A stretch of 64,000 bases of DNA. Source: Gammaproteobacteria bacterium (GTDB taxonomy: Bacteria > Pseudomonadota > Gammaproteobacteria > Eutrophobiales > Eutrophobiaceae). Position 1 is the stretch's first letter; every line of letters begins with the position of its first letter. Position numbers and translations under genes: made by a program. The notes beneath the pieces are model-generated. The model saw nothing but the letters and a program-made list of their open reading frames with translations, made no database searches and had not been told where the DNA came from. The stretch is from the NCBI GenBank assembly GCA_965116495.1, contig OZ220696.1, positions 1 through 64,000 on the forward strand, read 5' to 3'. Shown one piece after another: positions 1 through 10,973 of this stretch.

Positions 1-2056
1 TCCACTTGTGGAAGGCACTGCCAGTATCTCCCTGAAAGCGGCGAAGTTGATTAGTCAGAAAATGTCTGAGGAGATGATGAATCAACCTGATGCTGTAGAG
101 GCCGTCGCTGAAGAACATAATGACTTTATCAATCCCTTTACGCGCACACGGGAAGGCAAGCTGTTGCCATACCTACCTTACTATGGTGAGTTGTTTCAGG
201 ATGGGAGACACATCATACCGGGAGACAGGAGGCCTGAGGACAGGGATGATGATTTGAAGTTTTTCGGAGGTGTTACCAACCCGACGGTGCATATCGCGTT
301 GAACCAAATCAGGCAAGTAGTGAACGAGTTGATTGATCGTTACGGTCATCCTTACTCCGTGGCTGTTGAACTGGGGAGAAATTTACCGGCTGGACAGGAA
401 GAACGCCGCGAAATCGAGAATGCTCAAAAGAAAAATCAGGAAGAGAATGAGCGACTGGATAACATCCTTCGTGAAACCGGACAAATACCTAATCGTGACA
501 ATCGGTTGCGTTTACTTCTATGGGAAGAACTGGATACAAAAGATCCTGCTGGCCGTTGCTGTCCCTTCTCAGGGGAAATAATCGGCATTACCGATTTGTT
601 CAACGGCAGGGCTGAAATTGAACATTTGATACCGTTCAGCGTTTCTCTGGATGACAGCAGAGCCAATAAAGTGCTTTGTACCAGGCAGGCCAATCGCGAC
701 AAAGGTAGCAGGACGCCGTTTGCAGCATTCGGAGACAGCCGGGATGGTTATACCTGGGAGGATATTGCCGCACGAGCACAACGCCTGCCTAAACCGAAAC
801 AATGGCGCTTCCAGGAGGATGCCTTGGAAATCTGGTATCGGGACTGTGCAGATTTCTCTGAGCGCCACTTGAATGATACGCGCTATATCGGACGATTAAC
901 CAAGGAGTACCTTGAGAGTATCTGTCCGTTCAATAAGATTGACGTCATAACAGGACGTCTTACTGCCCTGTTGCGCGGTCATTGGGGATTAAACGGCATT
1001 TACCGGAATCACAACGCTGCCGGGGACGAGCCGAAAAATAAATCCCGCGATGATCATCGTCACCATGCCGTTGACGCCATTGTGGTCGGTATGACAACGC
1101 GTTCGATGTTGCAGAAAGTTGCAACGGCGGCCGGTCGGGCGGAAGAATTGAACCTTGAACGCCTGTTTGAGAAAAAGAATAATGGCAGGTCTCCAATTGA
1201 ACCATGGGGCAGTTTTCGTGATGAGGTTGCTGAGGTCACACAAAGCATCACGGTATCGCATAAGCCACGAAGAAAAAAGCTGGTGCCTGGCACAACTACG
1301 ACTGACGGACAGTTACACAATGACACGGCCTATGGGATAATTTCCGGCCCGGATAAAAACGGTCTCTGTGAAGTTGTCGTGCGCTGGCCGGTCACCAAGT
1401 TCAAGAAAAGGAAAGACCTGGAAGATAAGGAGCAGGGTGTCCGTGACCCGCGTTTGAGGCTGGAGTTTTTGCAAGCCTTCGATAAGGCAGTGAATTGCGG
1501 CGAAGATGGAAGCAAAGCCATTATTAATCTTGCCGAAAAGAAAGGGATTCGGAGCCTTCGCCGCACGGAAAAATTAAAAGTCATCCGTGTCAAAGATCAA
1601 TTGGGCAATGTCTATAAAGCTTATAAGGGAGACAGTAATTGGGGGATGGAGATTTATCAGTATCCGAATACCCATAAAAAATCCGATAAGTGGGAAGGCG
1701 TTGTAATTTCCCGCTTTGATGCGAACCAGCCGGGCTTCATGCCGGGTGAAAGCCATAAACCCCATCCGGCTGCCCGGTTGATCATGCGTTTGCAAAGGGA
1801 CGACTGCATTGAGATTGAGAATGGGAATAAAAAACAAATTATGCGTTTACAACTAATGAGTCAGAATGGACAATTAGTATTAGCTCCGTTGCATGAGGCT
1901 AATGTCGATGCCAGAGACCGCGACAAAGATGATCCTTTCAAGTACGTGCGAAAACAGGCCAATGCACTTAAATCTGTGAATGCCCGTAAAGTACATATTA
2001 GCCCTACAGGCTTGGTAAATTATGAAAATCGCCCAAAACCTGATGATAATCAATAG
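1..2056 (+). CDS. cas9: Type II-C CRISPR-associated endonuclease Cas9, 5'-truncated by the window edge
   Basis: RuvC-II (VAVELGR), HNH (EIEHLIPFSVSLDDSRANKVLC..NRDK), RHLNDTRY, RuvC-III (DDHRHHAVDAIVV); directly followed by cas1 and cas2 with no csn2 or cas4. Confidence 0.97.
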   Translation, partial: PLVEGTASISLKAAKLISQKMSEEMMNQPDAVEAVAEEHNDFINPFTRTREGKLLPYLPYYGELFQDGRHIIPGDRRPEDRDDDLKFFGGVTNPTVHIALNQIRQVVNELIDRYGHPYSVAVELGRNLPAGQEERREIENAQKKNQEENERLDNILRETGQIPNRDNRLRLLLWEELDTKDPAGRCCPFSGEIIGITDLFNGRAEIEHLIPFSVSLDDSRANKVLCTRQANRDKGSRTPFAAFGDSRDGYTWEDIAARAQRLPKPKQWRFQEDALEIWYRDCADFSERHLNDTRYIGRLTKEYLESICPFNKIDVITGRLTALLRGHWGLNGIYRNHNAAGDEPKNKSRDDHRHHAVDAIVVGMTTRSMLQKVATAAGRAEELNLERLFEKKNNGRSPIEPWGSFRDEVAEVTQSITVSHKPRRKKLVPGTTTTDGQLHNDTAYGIISGPDKNGLCEVVVRWPVTKFKKRKDLEDKEQGVRDPRLRLEFLQAFDKAVNCGEDGSKAIINLAEKKGIRSLRRTEKLKVIRVKDQLGNVYKAYKGDSNWGMEIYQYPNTHKKSDKWEGVVISRFDANQPGFMPGESHKPHPAARLIMRLQRDDCIEIENGNKKQIMRLQLMSQNGQLVLAPLHEANVDARDRDKDDPFKYVRKQANALKSVNARKVHISPTGLVNYENRPKPDDNQ

Positions 2057-2059
2057 GTC

Positions 2060-2971
2060 TTGATGAGGGGGCAGGTTGTTGAAATTACCCAGCCCGGTTA
2101 CGCGCTCAACAAGTCACGCGGCTTTTTGGAAGTAAGACACGAGTGGGAACCGATAGGGCAGGTCTCGCTTGATGACATTGCCGCCGTAATAATTTCTGTT
2201 CCGGGGTGCTTGATTTCAAGCGTTCTGATAGACCATCTTTGCAGACAGAACATACCGCTTGTGATATGCGGCAAGAATTACATGCCTACCAGTATCACTT
2301 TACCGCTTGAGGGATATGGACGGCAATTTCATGTAATGCGGTCTCAAGTCAAGCTATCAGAACCGCGCCGCAAACGAGCATGGCAGCATATTGTCAGAGC
2401 CAAAATAAAAAACCAGGCTGAAGTGCTGGTCCGCGCAGGTGAAAATAATCAGCATTTACTGCGTCTTGCCGACAAAACTAAGTCGGGCGACAAGGATAAC
2501 TGTGAAGCGCAGGCTTCACGGTTCTATTGGCCACGGCTGCTCGGTGAAGATTTCCGTCGCAATCAGGATGCACCCGGCATTAATGCGGTGCTGAATTATA
2601 TTTATGCGATAGTCCGCGCTTGCGTTGCTCGTGGTATCAGCAGCGCAGGATTACACCCGAGTTTCAGTCTGCACCACAAAAATCCACAAAACCCGCTCAA
2701 TTTGGTTGATGACCTAATGGAACCGTTCCGACCCATCGCCGATTATATGTTATGGCATAGCGGGGTAGAACAATTTGATGAACTGTCACCCGGAACGAAA
2801 AAACAATTGGCAGCAATTACGACTCTTGTGATTCCCCTTGGTGAGGATGCTTCACCATTATCTTTGGCGGCAAGCAGAATGGCTAGATCTTTCGCAACAT
2901 ACTGTCTCGGAGAAGCAGATACATTTTTGTGTCCAGGTTTGCCTTATCCTATTGATATGCCAGTGTTATAA
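2060..2971 (+). CDS. cas1: Type II CRISPR-associated integrase Cas1
   Basis: DNCEAQASRFYW, INAVLNYIYAIVR, LHH..NPLNLVDDLMEPFRP motifs; position between cas9 and cas2. Confidence 0.96.
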   Translation: MMRGQVVEITQPGYALNKSRGFLEVRHEWEPIGQVSLDDIAAVIISVPGCLISSVLIDHLCRQNIPLVICGKNYMPTSITLPLEGYGRQFHVMRSQVKLSEPRRKRAWQHIVRAKIKNQAEVLVRAGENNQHLLRLADKTKSGDKDNCEAQASRFYWPRLLGEDFRRNQDAPGINAVLNYIYAIVRACVARGISSAGLHPSFSLHHKNPQNPLNLVDDLMEPFRPIADYMLWHSGVEQFDELSPGTKKQLAAITTLVIPLGEDASPLSLAASRMARSFATYCLGEADTFLCPGLPYPIDMPVL

Positions 2972-3309
2972 TGCGGCACATACCGCTCAGCCCCTACCGC
3001 ATAATGTGGCTATTTGTTATGTTCGATCTGCCTGTGGGTACGAAGAAGGAAAGAAAGCAGGCTACGGCTTTCCGTAGCCACCTGTTGGACCTTGGGTTTG
3101 AAATGTCACAATTTTCAGTTTATCTCAAATACTGTATTTCCGGTGAGAAGGCTGAATCAGTCGGAAACCAGATTCAGCGCGAGTTACCTCCTGGCGGAAA
3201 AGTCGATATTCTTACGATCACTGACAAGCAATTTATGAATATGCGCCGATTTTATGCCAAAGCGCAAATAAAAAATGATGGGAAACTTCCTCAATTACGC
3301 CTGTTTTGA
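2971..3309 (+). CDS. cas2: CRISPR-associated Cas2
   Basis: YRIMWLFVMFDLPV...GFEMSQFSVY...ITDKQF; start overlaps the cas1 stop (TAATG). Confidence 0.96.
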   Translation: MRHIPLSPYRIMWLFVMFDLPVGTKKERKQATAFRSHLLDLGFEMSQFSVYLKYCISGEKAESVGNQIQRELPPGGKVDILTITDKQFMNMRRFYAKAQIKNDGKLPQLRLF

Positions 3310-3344
3310 TATATTTTTCCCGCCAGAGACGGGAAAAATATATC
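3308..3344. terminator. Perfect 15-bp stem hairpin between cas2 and the array; probable terminator for cas and/or convergent crRNA transcripts
   Basis: GATATATTTTTCCCG-ccagaga-CGGGAAAAATATATC. Confidence 0.6.
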
Positions 3345-3348
3345 GTCA

Positions 3349-3361
3349 AAACAACAAGTTG
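3349..3361 (+). promoter_or_regulatory. IHF-like site in the short CRISPR leader
   Basis: AAACAA-CAAG-TTG versus consensus WATCAANNNNTTR (1 mismatch), ending 10 bp before repeat 1. Confidence 0.4.
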
Positions 3362-3371
3362 GCTCAGCCCT

Positions 3372-4001
3372 ATTCTTGCACTTGGGAATAAGTGGTGCAA
3401 GGACAACGGCAGGCCCACACAGGCGCTTAGAGCGGCTATTCTTGCACTTGGGAATAAGTGGTGCAAGGACAACGTTGATGCTGGACAGGTCGAGCGTGTC
3501 GGAATTCTTGCACTTGGGAATAAGTGGTGCAAGGACAACTGATACGGCGATCACTTGCAATAGCCTTCGATTCTTGCACTTGGGAATAAGTGGTGCAAGG
3601 ACAACGTCAGCGTGTCACTATTTGGGTGTTATTCTATTCTTGCACTTGGGAATAAGTGGTGCAAGGACAACTCATACAGCTTGTCCATGGCCGCGTCCCG
3701 CATTCTTGCACTTGGGAATAAGTGGTGCAAGGACAACTCTTCGATGGTCTCCATCGCGGCCTCCATAATTCTTGCACTTGGGAATAAGTGGTGCAAGGAC
3801 AACATGAGCGACATCGCCAATACTGTGATATCCATTCTTGCACTTGGGAATAAGTGGTGCAAGGACAACCAGTCGGGCTTGGACGCGCAGGCCGGGTGCA
3901 TTCTTGCACTTGGGAATAAGTGGTGCAAGGACAACCAAGGCGCGGTCTGCACAAACTGGCAAATGATTCTTGCACTTGGGAATAAGTGGTGCAAGGACAA
4001 C
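3372..4001 (-). CRISPR. Type II-C CRISPR array: 10 identical 36-bp repeats and 9 spacers of 30 bp
   Basis: Repeat ATTCTTGCACTTGGGAATAAGTGGTGCAAGGACAAC at 3372, 3438, 3504, 3570, 3636, 3702, 3768, 3834, 3900 and 3966 (66-bp period); the minus-strand form begins GTTGT and ends AAT like other II-C repeats (strand is inferred). Confidence 0.99.
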
Positions 4002-4153
4002 CTATCAACTTCAGCAAGGCGTGCCAGAATCTTCTTGTCCCACTCTTCGGCAGCATTCGCATCGGCAGGCACATTCAAGCTGCTGACCAGGGTATACGCC
4101 AGTTCGGCGCGAGCCGATTCAGGTAGCATTAATACTTGGGAACGAAGCTGGAA
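4002..4153 (-). pseudogene. Fragment of a putative addiction-module antitoxin (TIGR02574-like), cut by the terminal CRISPR repeat
   Basis: Minus-strand translation FQLRSQVLMLPESARAELAYTLVSSLNVPADANAAEEWDKKILARLAEVDR resembles the family pattern LP..ERAELA..L..SL...D..A...W..EI.RR...; no C-terminus present. Confidence 0.7.
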
Positions 4154-4456
4154 TTACTGGGTAACTCCGGGGGTCAACATAATTTGAATGAGCAGTCCGA
4201 CGCCGGCGATGACAATACCCGCAAACAGGAATCCGCAGCCGGCCACCCATTTCAGCAGCCGGGTTTCCAGGTTTGCCATATTGGTTTCCAGCCTTGCAAT
4301 ATCGCTTTTCAGATCGGCTTTTGTGGCCACCAGATCGGTCTTTGTCGCCAGTTGCGGTAGCTGTGACACTTGAATGACATCCTCCGCCGCCTTGGTAGCG
4401 CTGTCTTCCGATGCGCCGACTTCAATAAACGCCTTGTAAAGTGCAGTACTGCTCAT
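4154..4456 (-). CDS. Small coiled-coil protein with a C-terminal membrane anchor (DUF1640/CCDC90-like)
   Basis: LYKAFIEVGA..., LATKTDL..ATKADL heptads, LLKW followed by a hydrophobic helix; SD GGAGG upstream. Confidence 0.7.
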   Translation of the reverse strand: MSSTALYKAFIEVGASEDSATKAAEDVIQVSQLPQLATKTDLVATKADLKSDIARLETNMANLETRLLKWVAGCGFLFAGIVIAGVGLLIQIMLTPGVTQ

Positions 4457-4610
4457 ACGGGTTACCTCCCTGTAAATGCAAAGTTACGTTCCAGGTCTGA
4501 AAGCTGCTTCACTTCCGCCCATACCTGCAATTTATGGTCATTAGCCTGGGTTGTCAACTTCTTCTAACAACACACTCGCTCACACTCACCCACCTACTCA
4601 CAGAAACAAT

Positions 4611-4640
4611 CTTTACAAATTCACTTAAAGTAAAGAAAAT
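4611..4640 (+). promoter_or_regulatory. Candidate promoter/operator of the TA operon
   Basis: TTTACA-17-GAAAAT overlapped by the inverted repeat CTTTAC...GTAAAG. Confidence 0.35.
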
Positions 4641-4682
4641 GGTAACATGAACCAGTTTTACAAGTCATGAGGATCATAATTT

Positions 4683-4898
4683 ATGCCGAAAGTCAGCGCA
4701 AAGAGACAGATCACACTTCCTGTTGAGCACTGTAATGAAGTGGGGATACAACCGGGCGATGAGTACCGGAGCTTCGTCGCTAATGGTCACATCACGATTG
4801 TCAGGAAGGTTTCAAGGGCAGCGAAAGGTTGTCTTCACCATGTAAAAGGCGATTCAACCATGAGCGACGAAGAGTCTCGTCAGAGCGCCCTGGACTGA
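4683..4898 (+). CDS. AbrB/MazE/SpoVT-family antitoxin
   Basis: MPKVSAKRQITLP...GIQPGD pattern; directly upstream of a PIN toxin. Confidence 0.85.
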   Translation: MPKVSAKRQITLPVEHCNEVGIQPGDEYRSFVANGHITIVRKVSRAAKGCLHHVKGDSTMSDEESRQSALD

Positions 4899-4908
4899 GT
4901 CGGAACCC

Positions 4909-5343
4909 GTGATTGCCGTTGATACCAATGTCTTGCTCAGGTATTTGCTGGGAGATGATGAAAAGCAGGCCCAAAAGGCGGATGTCCTCATCAATGGCGA
5001 TGAATTGGCGCTAATCACCGATGTCGTGCTGGTGGAGGTGGTTTGGACACTGGCTGGGCGCAAGTACCAACTGGGCAAGGAAGATATTATCAACACGATA
5101 GAAGCGCTGTTCAAAGAGCCCAACTTTCATTTTGAGGATGACCAGGTCGTGTGGCGCGCGCTTCACGCGTACCGTAATGCAAAGCCGGTGAAAGTTGGCA
5201 GGCGCAAGAAGGAGGTTGACTTCGCAGACGCCCTGGTTGTCTGCAAGGCGCAAAAAATTGCTACCGCGCGCAGCGACCGGTTGCAAGCTGTTTACACGTT
5301 TGACACAGCAGCAAGTCAGTTACCGTATACCCGGCTTCCGTGA
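4909..5343 (+). CDS. vapC: VapC-family PIN-domain toxin
   Basis: MIAVDTNVLLRYL, VLVEVVW, DFADAL, VYTFD motifs. Confidence 0.9.
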   Translation: MIAVDTNVLLRYLLGDDEKQAQKADVLINGDELALITDVVLVEVVWTLAGRKYQLGKEDIINTIEALFKEPNFHFEDDQVVWRALHAYRNAKPVKVGRRKKEVDFADALVVCKAQKIATARSDRLQAVYTFDTAASQLPYTRLP

Positions 5344-5398
5344 GAAACCTGAACAGTTTTCTCGATCCGATGATCAAAACATATCGGTTATGTGTTAA

Positions 5399-9250
<3,852 letters not shown>

Positions 9251-9262
9251 ACCCCGGGTGAG

Positions 9263-9598
9263 ATGAAGCCCTTAATCATCATCCTGCTGGTAGTACTGGC
9301 ATTGTTGCAATACCGCCTCTGGTTCAGCCCCGGCGGGTTTCCGGACGTCGGCGAACTCAACCAGGCCAAACAGGAACTGGTCGAGGAGAATGAACGGCTC
9401 CAGGAGAGAAATGACGCCCTGGCTGCAGAGGTTATCGACCTCAAACACGGTCTGGAAGCAGTGGAGGAGCGCGCCAGGAGTGAGATCGGCATGATCAAAT
9501 CCGATGAGGTGTTCTACCAGATTATCGAAAGCTCGGATCAGGCACACCGGGACGTACTGCCCGAAACGCCGCTTGAAGAACCGCTTGCTGCGCCATGA
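9263..9598 (+). CDS. ftsB: Cell division protein FtsB
   Basis: N-terminal TM, LQYRLWF, coiled coil, EERARSEIGMIK; eno-ftsB-ispD synteny. Confidence 0.95.
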   Translation: MKPLIIILLVVLALLQYRLWFSPGGFPDVGELNQAKQELVEENERLQERNDALAAEVIDLKHGLEAVEERARSEIGMIKSDEVFYQIIESSDQAHRDVLPETPLEEPLAAP

Positions 9599-10317
9599 CC
9601 GGTGAGTCGAATTTCTGGGCAGTTATCCCGGCGGGTGGCAGCGGCCGGCGTATGGCAGCGGACAGGCCCAAGCAATACCTGAAGCTGTTGCAGCGGACTG
9701 TTCTCGAACACAGCCTGCTGCCTTTTTGCGAGCATCCGCTGATCAGGGGTATTGCCGTCGTTGTGGCGGATGATGATGAATACTGGCCGACCCTGGCAGT
9801 GTCCGGTCATGCCAGGATCATTACGGCGTCCGGCGGCGTGGAACGCTGTCATTCCGTGTTGAACGGTCTCAGGCGCATCGGGGAAATTGCCGGTGACAAT
9901 GACTGGGTGCTGGTGCACGATGCGGCCAGGCCCTGTGTAACGGCAGCCGACATCGACCGGCTCATTGCCGGACTCAGGTCTCATCCCGTAGGCGGTATCC
10001 TGGCACTGCCGGTCAGGGATACGGTGAAACAGGCAGGGCAGGATCATGAAATCCAGGCGACGCTTGAGCGTGAACGGTTGTGGCGGGCTCTGACACCGCA
10101 GATGTTCCGGCTGGGCCTGTTGCGGAAAGCGATTGCCCTGGCCGTAGCCGACGACCTGCTTGTTACGGATGAAGCCCAGGCCCTGGAATACAGGGGTTAC
10201 CGGCCGGGAATAGTGCAGGGCGGTCCTCACAATATCAAGGTATCCTTGACGGAGGACCTGGCCCTGGCAGAATTTTATTTGACAAGATATTTGAACCCAG
10301 GCCGGGGACAGAACTAA
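9595..10317 (+). CDS. ispD: MEP cytidylyltransferase
   Basis: IPAGGSGRRM..PKQYL, VLVHDAARP, TPQMF, TDEA. Confidence 0.97.
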   Translation: MTGESNFWAVIPAGGSGRRMAADRPKQYLKLLQRTVLEHSLLPFCEHPLIRGIAVVVADDDEYWPTLAVSGHARIITASGGVERCHSVLNGLRRIGEIAGDNDWVLVHDAARPCVTAADIDRLIAGLRSHPVGGILALPVRDTVKQAGQDHEIQATLERERLWRALTPQMFRLGLLRKAIALAVADDLLVTDEAQALEYRGYRPGIVQGGPHNIKVSLTEDLALAEFYLTRYLNPGRGQN

Positions 10318-10326
10318 TTCTGTCCC
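10305..10326. repeat. GGGACAG-type REP-like palindrome (copy 1), overlapping the ispD stop
   Basis: GGGACAGAA-CTAA-TTCTGTCCC; related copies at 20160 and 54552. Confidence 0.7.
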
Positions 10327-10353
10327 TTAAATTTTTTATCGAGGCAGAAAACA

Positions 10354-10821
10354 GTGAGAATTGGCCACGGTTACGATACCCACCGGTTTGTGGGCGGGCG
10401 TCCGCTGATGCTGGGCGGCGTCAACGTGCCCCATGACAAGGGCCTGCTGGCGCACTCCGATGGCGATGTTGTTATCCACGCGTTATGCGATGCCTTGCTG
10501 GGCGCCGCCGCGCTGGGCGACATCGGCGCGCATTTCCCGGATACCAGCAAGGATTTTGAAGACATTGACAGCAGGATACTGTTGCGGCAGGTACGTGCAC
10601 TGCTGGCGCAAAAAGCTTTTACGCTGGTCAATGCCGACATCACCATCATCGCGGAAGCACCCAGGATGGCTCCCCATATCGGCACCATGAGAGACAACCT
10701 CGCCGCCGACCTGGCCGTGGCCGGAGACGCCATTAACATTAAGGCGACCACCAATGAGAAAATGGGCCATCTCGGCCAGCGGGAAGGCATCGCCGTTCAT
10801 GCCGTCGTACTGATCGGATAA
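10354..10821 (+). CDS. ispF: MECDP synthase
   Basis: [31 protein letters not shown]. Confidence 0.98.
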   Translation: MRIGHGYDTHRFVGGRPLMLGGVNVPHDKGLLAHSDGDVVIHALCDALLGAAALGDIGAHFPDTSKDFEDIDSRILLRQVRALLAQKAFTLVNADITIIAEAPRMAPHIGTMRDNLAADLAVAGDAINIKATTNEKMGHLGQREGIAVHAVVLIG

Positions 10822-10920
10822 GAAACACACTTCGCAATGAAATTACCCGGCGTGATTTTCCCGGCGGGGTGTTTGCCGGTTCCGGCATGGCGGGCTATGC
10901 AGCTATTGTTCTGATGTAGT

Positions 10921-10933
10921 TGTAACAGTTACA
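10921..10933. promoter_or_regulatory. Candidate repressor operator upstream of TonB-dependent receptor 1
   Basis: Perfect 6-1-6 palindrome TGTAAC-A-GTTACA about 40 bp upstream of the start. Confidence 0.35.
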
Positions 10934-10973
10934 CTTGCCGTGACCACTATGCCACTTCATGGGAGAACGACAA

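Noticed and set aside
3408-3965. Possible self-targeting spacers
   Set aside because: No match to the rest of the window seen by eye; a proper search is needed
3233-4187. Multiple repetitive ORFs across the CRISPR array
   Set aside because: Artefacts of the 66-bp period; only the part beyond 4001 resembles a real protein
4571-4603. CAC-rich low-complexity stretch
   Set aside because: Short and imperfect, with no evidence of function
10914-10936. Canonical Zur box
   Set aside because: The palindrome does not fit GTTAT-N3-ATAAC; kept only as an unassigned operator candidate
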